Positions 12,985 through 24,390 of a stretch of 64,000 nucleotides of DNA are shown here, piece after piece; the stretch's first letter is position 1, and each line of letters starts with the position of its first letter. This DNA comes from Amoebophrya sp. A120. Its lineage: Eukaryota > Protista > Dinoflagellata. The translations under genes and the position numbers were made by a program. The notes beneath the pieces were generated by a model. It did no database searches and was not told where the DNA came from. It worked only from the letters and a program-made list of their open reading frames with translations. The stretch covers positions 5,802,859-5,866,858 of the forward strand of contig CAJINV010000002.1 in assembly GCA_905178155.1 (NCBI GenBank), read 5' to 3'.

Positions 12985-15900
12985 ATGACGTGGGCCACGC
13001 GCGGCGGGTCGTCGAGTAGCTCCGCGCCGGGAGGAAGTGCTACCGCTGCCACTGCTTCTAGTGCACGTTGTAGCGCAATGAAGTCTAGTGCATCTGGAAA
13101 CACCAGGATACGGAAGTTTCTCTTTCTCCTTCCGTCCGCAACCACAACCGCCATTCAGCTTCATGACACGGCCGAAATTAAGCAGACCACAACTAGTAGC
13201 ATGGTGCACTCCAAGCTCGCCGCCGCAGCACTGAAAGAAAAGGAGATCCAAAGGGGGAAACGGAAAGAGCGACTGTCCAAGGCAGCCGTTTCCTTGCACC
13301 AGCATCACCAGTCTGGCGGCGCAACTAGTACTAAAGAAACTTCTTCATCTGCGGCTGCAATCTATTCCAAGCATGCCAGCAGTGCGGGGGGAAAGACAAA
13401 GAAGGGGGAAAAGCAGACGAAAATGTTTTTCACCTTCATAGGCGATCCAAACCCCTTCGACCAAGACGACCAACTTTTTCCCAAAGCCTGCTACCCGGAG
13501 ATCACCGAAGCGGCGGTGCGGTGCTGCAAAGCAAACAAGAACGAGACGGACAAAGTTATGATGGAGGATTTGCGGGACTTGTCGGGCAGGCGGGGAGGCA
13601 ACGACGATAAATTTTGCAACGGGCAAGGTAAATGCAAATTGAGATTTTGTTTGGCTTCCATTTGTTTCCACTCAACAACTTTTAGCCGGTTCTTCTGCCA
13701 CTGATGTTAGTGGTCGCACATCAAGCATCAGAGAATTAGAAGCAGTACCTTCCACCTGAAGAGCAACAGAGGGAAATTTGACAAATCGTCCACGTTTTCT
13801 GCACCACAGGCGAATGGGTCGACGGCACGCAGGTAGCCGACTTGAAGGGTCTCACCCAAGCCGAGGCGATGCAAATTTGCTCCAACGCCGGCGCGCGTCT
13901 GTGTGATTTCGAGGAGCTACGCGCCGACAAGACTGCGGGGACTGGGTGCCAGTTTGACGATCACAACATTTGGAGCAACACCGAGTGCTACGAAGAAGGA
14001 GTGTACGTCAACAACTGGCTCACGATCGAGGGTATGGATGAGATGAAAAGTAGAGAGCACCTCGTCGTGTAATGTTACCTCGATCTGCATGAGGAGTTGA
14101 GTTCACATGGAAGTAGCACTTCAAACTTGTCATGCGCTAGCTGCACGCATATTGTGTAAAAATGCGCGCATTCTGACAACGTTGTACTACACGGGGATGC
14201 ACTCCGACTTTTCTCATCGATACAAGAAATCAGACTCTCCGATCCAAGATTCATGAACGACGCGAACAAAAACGTGAGTTTTTTGCTGCTGCTTTAGCTT
14301 ATTTTCACTTCTATGTACTGCCGACGGATGCAAATAGATTTAGATTTTGTGATGCGAAACTGACTCGTACCAATGAAACAACTCAGGTGATGATGGCCGC
14401 TGCATTCAACTGGACCTACCCCTTGACGGCAGAGGCAGAAAATATGGGAGTGTCAGAATTGAAATCGTCAAAGTTGAAGTGATTTGTCATGCATAAAATT
14501 CGACGCAAAAAGTGCCTCTATTGCAGAGGACGCACGGAAGGCAGATTATAGTCCCGGCAAGGGTCAAAAGTTGGACTGCTGACTAGCATGACAGAAGGCA
14601 GCGCTTTTGCCCTAAACCGCATGACAGACTCGCTTCCAAGTCCGGGAAAATTTGCCATGCACCGACTACAAGCAACAAACAAGTCGTGACTGATTGTGCA
14701 CAGTAGTGTAGTGCTTTATTATAGAATAGCATTTATAGACGTATAGGGTGAATAGGTAGTCGTTACAACGAAAAAGCAAACACTATATGCGATTAGTTCT
14801 GCGCTCTCATGATGATAAGTGCACGCTATCACTCGGTACGTCTTTCGTGTGAATGCGTTGAACTACGTCAATCACTCCACTGAGATTCCGTTGAACTACC
14901 TTCGTTGCACGACCCACAACGTTTAAGTAGATGCTGCATTTCTCTTCGCGCGTGCCCGGCCCTCGACGCATGACCTCTGCTGCTTTGCTCTGATTGACCT
15001 GCTGGTTCCAATCGCTTGGGTGGATGTCTTGTTGCGGTTGGCCTGCTGGCTCCAACCTGTTTTTTGCTTTGCACTTCCTTGTTTTTCAGCAGCTTGTCTG
15101 CTGGCAGACGGTAAAGAGATTATCCTACAGTGGTGAGCATGCACCCTCGGGCGCTGTAGGTTTGGTCATCTTTCTCTTTACGCGAGCACCTACCCTGCTT
15201 CTGTACTTTTTGTGGTATGTTGGCCCATACCAGTACAGTTTTCGGTCGGGTAGGACCCCGGGTGGCGGTAGTCTGCTTCTTGTCTTGATTTTTTGCTGCT
15301 GCTGGGCTGCTCTGCTTGCGCGCCTTTCCCTTCTTCGATGCTGCTCTCGTTTTCCTCGTACTTGACCAGCGGATAGAAGTGTACCAATTCGTTGCTCTAC
15401 CCACTAAAGCCCAATCGTGACCATGCCCGTAGGAACTACTTTATTAATGTCTCTACGACTTTTGACTTCAATCTTAACCTTCACATGTATTCCTACCTAA
15501 CTTGTGTTGTTATTTTTTGTTTTTTCTCTGTACGACTACGATTGGCCAAAGCGCCACCGGGACAGCCTGCCCGTAGATCACCGATGCCATGCACCGACTA
15601 CAAACTGTAGGCGTAACTGGTATCCGTTCTATGCATGACAAACTATTTCGACTTTGACGATTTCAAACCTGACGCATCCATAGAAAAATGCACCAAGGGG
15701 TGGAACCCGACACCAGAAAGTTTAAACGAAACGCACTACGGAATCATGTGGGACAGACTAGCCCGTGTGAGCAGGGTACAGATGATCTGATGCAAATGTA
15801 AGGGCGATTGTCTGTTTTTTTCCGTCGATGCGCGAGAATCTTTAAGATGTAGCTCCACTGTTTTTGAATGTTGCTCGTCCAATCGATAGGCGTAAATGCT

Positions 15901-16266
15901 TGTTCAAAAGGACGTAGCTACCGCCTCGTGCTCGTCCATCACCCCCCCTTCACACGACATCAGGTCGAGCTGTTTGCGCAGAGCAGCGAGGGCGCGGCGT
16001 TTACGACTACCACCAAGATCATCGGACTGAAACGCGACGAGGACGGGACACAGACGGAGATTTTCTCCTTCGACAACATACAAACCGTGACGCCCGACGG
16101 CATCTCGATTTACCTCGACACGAAACCCCATGAACTGGTGAACACCCTGAAGCTGATCAAAAAGTGCTCCGACCGGCAACCCTGTTTCGAGCTGTGCGGG
16201 CTGCGGGTGGCGGTTGAGAGGGCCTGGCGCATGTGGCCCGGGGATCCGGGAATGTTGGATCGATGA
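12985..16266 (+). CDS. Hypothetical Cys-rich, probably secreted protein (~466 aa) with a small lectin/Link-like Cys module
   Basis: Exons 12985-13627, 13810-14031, 14227-14273, 14387-14442, 15688-15764, 15911-16266 (last junction and start codon uncertain). Motif AVRCC...LTQAEAMQICSNAGARLCDFEEL...GTGCQFDDHNIWSNTEC. Mix of GT-AG introns and introners. Confidence 0.7.
14033..14222. mobile_element. Aged introner now bounded by GT-AG (intron 14032-14226)
   Basis: TIR TATGGATGAG..AAAAGT / ACTTTTCTCATCGATA; DR decayed GAGGG/CAAGA; join IEE-IRLS in frame. Confidence 0.8.
14443..15682. mobile_element. Introner, family B, carrying a nested insertion
   Basis: Exact DR GAAAA; 1240 bp minus 932 bp (insert plus one duplication) = 308 bp, the same length as the copy at 3015. 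Confidence 0.9.
14672..15584. mobile_element. 913-bp unclassified insertion with 19-bp target duplication
   Basis: TGCCATGCACCGACTACAA at 14653-14671 and 15585-15603. Confidence 0.8.
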
Positions 16267-17269
16267 GTTTTTTTCTTTGCGATTTTTTCCCTTTTGAAAC
16301 CTGATGCATAAGAAAGTGGGCATGACCCAACAGAAGCCGTCTGTTGAGTAAGTACCTCAGTATAGGACAGCTTCGTCGAAAATGCACGAAACAGACAAAT
16401 GAGGAAACGGAACATACACATCTAACGATAAATATAGCGAAACGAATAGAGCTACATCTAAAGAAAATTTCGAAGAAAACATCGGCGTGAACGTCATACG
16501 AAATCAAAATGAATTTGTACCATAAGGGCAATCTCCTCGGTTTCATTTTTTTCAAGACATGAATGGGGATTGCAGACTTGAACAGATTCTTTCAAGAAGA
16601 AACTCCGATAAGCATGAACATGACAAAAGAAGAAAAAAAAAAGTAGCGGCGATCATGTGTCGAAAAGCACAACCATCGACGATTTTCTCTCGCATGATTG
16701 TGCACATATGTAGATACCGGGTTCTATTATGGATATTCGGCGTCACATTGAATTCGGCGTCCTTCCAGCACCCGCCGGGCTGGACAGGAAGAAATCCCAG
16801 CAAAAGAAAAGGCAAGGCTCCAAGCCTAGGCGGTGGCAACTGGCGGCGCAGGGCATAACTCCGTGTTTTCCTGTGGCCCCCGGTGGCGTCGGTATACCTC
16901 TCCTTCCGCTCCGGCGTTTTGAGAGTCAGCAAGACCTCTGGTTGCGCTGTGGTTCTTGGATCCGGTTTGACGTCAGGCTGAGCACATGAGGAGGGTTGTT
17001 CAGCACTGGCGGCTCTTTGGAGGTTGATCTGCTCACACGGATGAGGAGGTAGTGTGATGCTTATCTGAAGCGCAGCAGCAGTGAGTTTTCGGACTCACTC
17101 ATACTGTGCGACTCCCTACGCTTGGTCGTTCACCGCTAAAACGGGTGGTGTTTGGTCTTGTTGTAGTGCCTAAGCTCTCAAGAGTTATTCGCAAAGGACT
17201 TGCTCTCAGGATTCTTTAGCTGTATATGTCAGACAGTTACTCGCAGGCCATAAGAGGCGAGCAAAGGGT

Positions 17270-18460
17270 TGAATTTGAAATCAAAATCTGATTATCATAT
17301 CGGATTTGATCGTGAATCTGAATGGGTGTCCCACTAAATGTGTGGCGCTAGCTAACAACATCCAAAATGCAATAATTCCAACATATTTTCTCATGATCTG
17401 ATCATTTCCGTGGTAGGATATTTCTTTCTTTCTTTTCGTGTCTGGGTATGGTATCAAAAGGCATGATATTTGATGTTCTTATTTTTGAAATGAAAAATTT
17501 GATTGAAAAATATTTCGGATCCATAGTAATTCATCGATATGTTTTTTGGAAAATAAAACATTTCTAGGTTATATTTCATCAGAAAAGAAATTTCGTCGAA
17601 ATTTCGAATCTAAAGTTTTGCAATTTGGGATCTTCGATGATCGATATACATTTTTTTCGATTTTTCTTGTCATGAGATTCATGGAAAAATTTGAGATTCT
17701 CTTTGATGATTTTCGGATATCAATTTATTCTTCCTGATTTATGAGGATCATTAGATGTCGAAATTTTTTTTAAAAAAACATCGAGAAATTTATATAGATT
17801 TTTTTTTTAAAAATATCAAGAAATTTTTCAATCATTCAAAAGATGAATATCAGGTTTCATGTTTTTCAGAGAAAAACGAAAATTTCAGAGATCATTTTGC
17901 GATTTCGAAACAGAATAAAAATCATGTTGATCGATATGATAATGATTGAGACACCAAAAAACTATATCGATATGATAATGATTGAGACACCAAAAAACTA
18001 TCAAAAAATTTCTGCAGATATTCAATAATTTTTTTCTATACCGATTCTTTCCTCACCATGAATATTTTCAAAAAAAATATTAATACCCCGACATCGATCA
18101 ATCCAGATCCTAGATTCCAATTGATATCATCTTGAATTCCTATATTTGAATTGAGAGAAAAAGATTTGATGATGGGAACAGAGATAGACAGACAATCATG
18201 GACCAGACCAAAGATAAATTATGAAACAGGACAAATTTGAATCATCCCCAGACATGACCAGGAAGAAAAAAATTGGTTGTTGCTGCGTGATTTTTTGTTT
18301 TGGTATGGTGATCATCATCAAGAAGTTTTCAATTTGGTATTTTTTTGTCTTTATTCTCAGCAATTCATGCAGTATTCTTCTGCAACCACCACTATGCATG
18401 TTGCACATCAATTTCAATAGAATAAATAAGTATTCACATGCTGCATTTCCTTTTCCATCC
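17270..18460. other. AT-rich island at the convergent strand-switch region
   Basis: Visibly A/T-run rich compared with flanks; lies between the 3' ends of the + and - gene blocks. Confidence 0.75.
17930..18001. repeat. 36-bp tandem duplication
   Basis: ATCGATATGATAATGATTGAGACACCAAAAAACTAT x2. Confidence 0.9.
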
Positions 18461-18464
18461 AATA

Positions 18465-19292
18465 TCATTCCAAAACCAACCCCCACCCGTCGTGTTCTTC
18501 TTCGATAGTCCCTTGAATTCGCCACAGTGAGTCGTAGTGCAAGTGGTTGTGCCATTTCCCCAACAATCGAACTCGCGAAAATCTTCTCGCGGTCGTATCG
18601 TAGAACAGCTTCACGATGAGACTCATCGGCCGATAGGATTCCCATTCCGGCCGCGTGGTGTCTGTTGTCTTTACCACACAAGTATACCCGACGATGAACT
18701 CAATGACCACCTCGCGCTCGATGTACTTGTCAATCTCCGCAGAAGGATCTCGGATTTCTTCTGTTCTTCTTGTGTCGTTCTGCATTTCAATTTCTTGCGC
18801 TTGCCTGTGCAAGAACAACTCATGATCTTCGCTCTGCCTAGCAGAAGCTTGTTGCCCCCGCTGCTCTTCATCTTCTTCCTCCTCATTTTTCGATACATTC
18901 AAAATCGAGCGTCCGTAGTCGAGTTTCTCCCGATACACCCTCCGGAGATAGAAATCCTGCGCCCCCCGGATAAAGATCCGCTCAACTTTTGTCGCGAAAA
19001 AACTCGGCTCGTTGGTCGCTACTAATCGGGTTCCTTTTCTTCTGCCGGAACTCTCGAAGTTCTCATGCCACGCCGCTCTGGTCGGACGCTTATCCACCGG
19101 CGCGCTGCGTGGAACTTCTTCTCGCGGCGCGATATCCGCCTTTGTAAAGCCCAATCCATTTATCGGTAACGAAACGGGAAGAATCTCGTCCTCCTCGAAA
19201 TTCGTCGCCCTGTCATAAATTTCGTTGAAGACGGCGAGGTAGTCCAGCTGTTCCATCACATGCGAGACCAGCGGATGTGCGTAGGCTTCCAT
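18465..19292 (-). CDS. Hypothetical protein, intronless (~275 aa; ORF open to 19592)
   Basis: Long ORF, protein-like composition from MEAYAHPL; no recognised domain. Confidence 0.6.
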   Translation of the reverse strand: MEAYAHPLVSHVMEQLDYLAVFNEIYDRATNFEEDEILPVSLPINGLGFTKADIAPREEVPRSAPVDKRPTRAAWHENFESSGRRKGTRLVATNEPSFFATKVERIFIRGAQDFYLRRVYREKLDYGRSILNVSKNEEEEDEEQRGQQASARQSEDHELFLHRQAQEIEMQNDTRRTEEIRDPSAEIDKYIEREVVIEFIVGYTCVVKTTDTTRPEWESYRPMSLIVKLFYDTTARRFSRVRLLGKWHNHLHYDSLWRIQGTIEEEHDGWGLVLE

Positions 19293-20055
19293 ATCGAGAT
19301 TTTGATACCTCCAAACCCCGGCGCTGGTACTACCAAATATAGCCGCCGGGGCGGGGGTAGTGAGGTCGTGGGCGTTTTTTTGCCGACCGCCGCCTTGGCC
19401 GCGCCTTTGTTTTTTCTGGGCTCGCCATACCGCCGTGAGTAACGTTATGCCGCACGGTATGGCGGCCACTTGGGAAACATCACAAATTTTGGCACATTTC
19501 CCAAATTCCTTCCCGAAAGCCAGCCCCGATGCTATGGGGCCGATCCGGGTGCCACGGGGGGCGCCCAAAAAGCGAAGAAAAACCGGGCCCATAGCATGCG
19601 GATTGGCTTTGCGCGTCTGGGGCGTTTTTTATTTTTCGCGTTTTTATTTTTCACGCCGGCGCTTTTTGCAAAGCTTCCCAGGCTCTAAAACCGGCGAAAA
19701 GGCGGCCGCTTTCGCGGCCGCCCAAGATGCTCCGAAATCGCGGCCGTGCCATGCTGTTTCGCTGTTCTGATTTTGGGCGCGTTTTTTGCGCGCCCCTTTT
19801 TGGGCGCCCCAAATCGCCAGAAACCAAGGCGGCGGGCGCCTCGGAACGGCGCCCCTTTTGCCGGCTTCCCTGCGTCGTTTTATCCAGTGCGAATCGATAG
19901 TTTTCGACCGGGCTTGTTTGACTTCAAAGCCCCGGAGGCTTGATAATTGAAAATCTTTTATGTCAAAAAACGCTTCCGGCCGCTTGAAAACTGCCGGTCG
20001 TTTTTCACGGTAGGTGGCAAAAAAACTCCCCGGTTAGAACCGTTCGGTGACCTCA

Positions 20056-21772
20056 CTACATACTATCGGGGTACGGACTGCTCAAAACTTCCTGGACCTT
20101 TGCGTCCCAGTCTGTCTTCAGGCGGTCATGCAGAACCTCGTTTTGAAACTTTTCCAGCGCCTCGATAAACGGAAGGACTCGGTTCGCGGTCGGGTACCGG
20201 ACTTTTTGGAGGCGGAGGAGGTGCGTGGCGGGCCTCTTTTCCCGCACACCAGACGGAGTTACAGTGACGCCTTCTACTAGCATGTCTACGTACTGCTGCT
20301 GCGGGTGACACAGTAGAGCATAACTGCGCAGATGAGGTTGAAGATGAGGGCCTATTGTTTCTCTCAGAGCAATTTCTCAGAAGGTATTTTTGATCTTCTT
20401 CGGCTACAGTAGCGACATTTACCGGCACCAGTAACTGATCCAATACTTCCTCGGCTAGCAATACAGATACACCCGGACGACGAGCAAGGGGCCCCCCGCG
20501 GGAAATAAGCAGCTCCGGAGCAGCGCCATAATTCGACGGGCCGGTGGGACGAGTTCTTTCTTGGACATCATTATACTCCTCCTTGCTACAAGTACTACTT
20601 CTCCTGAAGAACCTCGTGTTGGGCGAAAGCTTCTTCGGCGGAGGAGGTTCTTGTGTTAGTACACCAGGTGACTCAACATCTTCCGATGTGGAGATGAACC
20701 TCGCAGCACGAGTGGCGTCGTGATTTGTTACCTTTGTTGTGCTGCAGCTCCGCCGTGGGGGTGAGGGAAAGGTAAGCAGGTGCCAGTTGTAACCGCCGTC
20801 TCTTGATGTAGTTTGTCGCATGCCGAAAGTTGTTGTAGCGTGGTCCGAAGATGCTGTAGTCCCCAACAACCCAGTCACGGCGTCGTGCACCTTATAAAGC
20901 GGCCAATCGTTGGAATTCTTAACAAATTCGCTTGTTCCAGTGCCTCTTTGTCTGTCCTCCCAGTCGTCCGCCCCACCGATCACGAGGTGCGATTTGGGGA
21001 AAAGATTTTGCACAACCAAACTTTTATTTCTACCCTCTTGGTCGTTGTAAACGATCTTGTCGCCCGCCGCATTGAAGATTTCCACTAGGACCCACGTGGT
21101 ATCTTCTGGTTGTATTTTTTCCTTTGATTTATTCTCAGTCTTATTTTCTGCCAGCTGGAAGCGATCTGGATCTACTTCACGTTCACGCACAAATTCATTG
21201 TCCCGGATAGAAGCAGTTCCACGTGGATTGCCAAATTCTTGTGACGCAATTTCATCTTCTCTGCAATTATCATGACGACGACGGTGGGTCGTGTCCGGAC
21301 TTCTGTCCTCCGCCTCTTCATCTCTGCTACGCTTTGGCGGTAGAAGTATGTTTCGAGATGAAGGTGTTAATGCTGGTGAACAAGCAAGGTCGCTACTTGT
21401 ATTGTCGTGGTCTGTGATCATGTTTAATATGTCGCATAAAAAAGTTTCATCTTCTTCACCTTGTCCAGGCACCGGGGACGATGGCACTGCGGGCGGTTTC
21501 GAGGAGACAACGTCATTTTGTGTAGTTTCCTCCTGTGCAGGAACTCCGCCTCCTTCTTGAACGTGACTCGCGTCCTCCTGTCGATCCGGAAAAAGCGGGA
21601 ACCAGGACGACGAACTGGAGCTGAAAATACTGCGGGAAACCAGGTTTAGAGCGTACCCAGTCTTGAGTGAAGACAGCGTGGCACTGCAGGTGAAGAGAAG
21701 TTTCACAAGTTTCACAGCGCACCGCAAAAGGACACCAGGGGCAGGGAGGTGCCGTGGCGGAGAAAGGCGCAT
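20056..21772 (-). CDS. Hypothetical protein (~530 aa), one GT-AG intron 20299-20422
   Basis: Phase-0 GTAAAT...CCGCAG intron joins DQLLVP to QQYVDMLVEG; hydrophobic N-terminal stretch. Confidence 0.65.
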
Positions 21773-22414
21773 TTTATCTTTCTGGTGATCAGCAGGTACA
21801 ATGAGTTTATGTAGACTGCAATGACAATGTCCAAAAAGTCAACCGACGAGCAGACAAGGAAAACCGATGAAATGATGCAAGCCAAAATGAAAATCGAAAT
21901 CCATCAAGACTGCATCAATTGTCTTTACCGACGCACGTGCGGCTTGCGTCGCAGGTGAGGAAGAAATCTCTCGTCGATGAAAGGCCTGACAGACCTCCGG
22001 ACCGACTCGCACAGAAAAGCGTTGTGGAGTTGAAATACGAAAAAACAACACACAGCGATTCTTTCAGTGGCCGAGTGATGTCTCGCAAGAGCAGAAGGCG
22101 CACAGATTGGAAAATTGAATGTCAAGGAGCCATTTAGAATCTGGCCAAAAAATCTGTGATGACATTGTTCATATGTGTCCACCAAAATTCAAATTATTGG
22201 CGTCAATCAGATCATTTTTGTTGAAACGGGCACGATAAGTGCAAAAAGAGTTCACGACCAAAAATATTCTTGGAGAAACAACACCGTGACAACGACCGTC
22301 CGGTTCCACAGGAAATAGCAGACTGCAACAGAATCAAAAAGACCGCATCTTCGGTCCGCTGCCATCAAGAGACTTTCAGAAGCAAAAAGGTCCGCTGCCA
22401 TCAAGAGACTTGTT

Positions 22415-23835
22415 TCAGAAGCACGGAAACACCGCACCGCACTCATCGGCCAACACAGCGCGCTCCAACGCGGTCAAGCCGGAAAAGTCAACTCTCTTCG
22501 CGCACGGCCCCGCGTACCCAACGGGGGACAGACACTCGGTGCCAATCGCGCCCCACCCCTGCGTATCAAATGTAAAAATGTCTGGGTCTGGAAGGTTGCA
22601 ACTTGTGATGCTGTCTTTGGAAGGTAAAAAAAATCTGTGTTGCATGACCAGCAAGACCAAGAGGAGTTCAGTTTGTGCTACGCGGAGTGCGCGTTTCTCA
22701 TGCGGAATACGCATCAGATTCAGAAGGCCGTTTAAAAATCTGTGATGCTCGGCAAGGCATTACAGGCATCATGGGTTATGCAAAATATGCATGACAAACT
22801 TGGCAATCTTCCAGACCCAGACATTTTTACACTTGATACTGCGGACAGCCCGCGTAATTTCGACCGCACTGCTATCAAAATGAAAAATCCCCCTCCCCAT
22901 ATCAAAACGGAAATCTGTGATGCAGATTTGTGGTCACGAATCAGCTTTGTCATGCTACAAGGGAAAAGATGCGGACTGTAGTGCTGGACTGCGTGGGAAA
23001 GCCTTGCATCTGCAGCATCACAGGAGACAGCTGGAAGTGGGAAACAGCATGACAAACTGCCTCCAAACGAGGCCACAACTGCGCCTCTTCGCCTTCTAGC
23101 AATACAAGTCGATTTGTGTACACAAATACAGCATCACAAATTTCGTTTTCAATATGGGGAGGGGGGATTTTTCCTCGCAATAACTGCGCCGCAGACAGAC
23201 TGACCCCTTCCGCCATGGCAGCGGACTGCAGCGCGTCGGCGAGATATCAAATGTAAAAGTGTCTGGGTCTGGAAGAGTGCGCGATTTGTCATGCAGCTTT
23301 TCCATGACCCATGAGGTCTGGAATGCAGGACCTAGCATGACAGATTCCGTGCGATCTCTCTCATGCCTATCCTGCATGAGAAACTTCCTCCCGACTTGGT
23401 CAAAATTGGACGACTTTTGGTAATCTGCAGATTTAGCATGACGAGTTGCATTCTTCTAGACCCAGACATTTTTACATTTGATACGAGAACCGCCTTGATC
23501 ATGGAGCCCGGTTCGCTGGGATGTAAGGCCTTGATGGAAGCTTCGATGCCGAGGAGAGCCGGGGCTTTCAGAAACGAGGTGGAAATCGTTGGGCTTTCGT
23601 GAAGACCGTGTTTCATCGGAAGTGGCTTTATCGGAGCGTTCTTTTTTTCCTGCTGCTCGACGGGAGTAGCCGTTGCATGTGGCTTCGTCGTGGTGCCACG
23701 GTCCACAGGAGAATCATGGCTTTGTTTCGTCGACAGAAACAAGTCGAAGGGCACGGTGGCTGCACAGAGGCGCGAATAAAACATCGTCATGTACGCGACA
23801 GAAGCCACGAGGTTGTAGATGTTGAGCAACGGCAT
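22415..23835 (-). CDS. CPW-WPC domain protein (193 aa, signal-peptide-like N-terminus)
   Basis: Exons 23835-23484, 23239-23183, 22867-22839, 22558-22415 give CGRNYAGCPQGWGAIGTECLSPVGYAGPCAKRVDF...ECGAVFPC, matching the CPxxW...WPC pattern (FPC here). Confidence 0.85.
22564..22838. mobile_element. Introner, family A
   Basis: Exact DR CTGCG; splits CPQ-GW. Confidence 0.9.
22873..23182. mobile_element. Introner, family E
   Basis: Exact DR ACTGC. Confidence 0.9.
23245..23483. mobile_element. Introner, family A
   Basis: Exact DR CGAGA; internal orientation opposite to 22564 copy. Confidence 0.9.
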
Positions 23836-24390
23836 GATGTTGGTATTTCGGTTTGAATGATTGCTTTTTCGTATTGATTGAAAAAACGAGCAGGGCTGTC
23901 AAAACTGTTCTTACGGAGGTCGCGTTGCAATGATGAAAACAAAAGCTGAAGAGGCATCAAACAGAGCATTGCGGCGGTTGTCGTGAAAACAGAATTTGCA
24001 GCCTTACTACCACAATCTTTCAAGCTTTTGGTTTTGACCACTCTCGCCTCACTCACGCAGCGACTATTTTTTTGCGGCGATCGAATCCCTCGCCACGAAC
24101 AGATAAAGAATATCAATATGGCAGCGCGACCGCATCCAGGACAGAAGCAAGACTCGGCCAGCCGAGGTCCTTCAATCACTCGTCGCATTTTTTTTTATTT
24201 TTCATTTCAAGCAAAAAATTAACAAGGCCGAAGCTCTTCCAAAATCAAAAGTCCAAGAAACAGTGTGAGGATGATAGAAACAACCTCGTCCACAAGGTGC
24301 ATTTATCCAAAATTGAAGGTGACTCGAGGAGATATCAAGCACATTTGGAAACATCAGAGTGTAACGTCAGATAAATGCACAAAAAACAGT

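Noticed and set aside
17070-17160. Hairpins (AGTGAGT-TTTCGG-ACTCACT) and C/D-box-like words
   Set aside because: Not enough to assign an snRNA or snoRNA without a covariance-model search.
22353-22423. Short duplication overlapping the CPW-WPC stop codon
   Set aside because: Ordinary local slippage; no coding effect.
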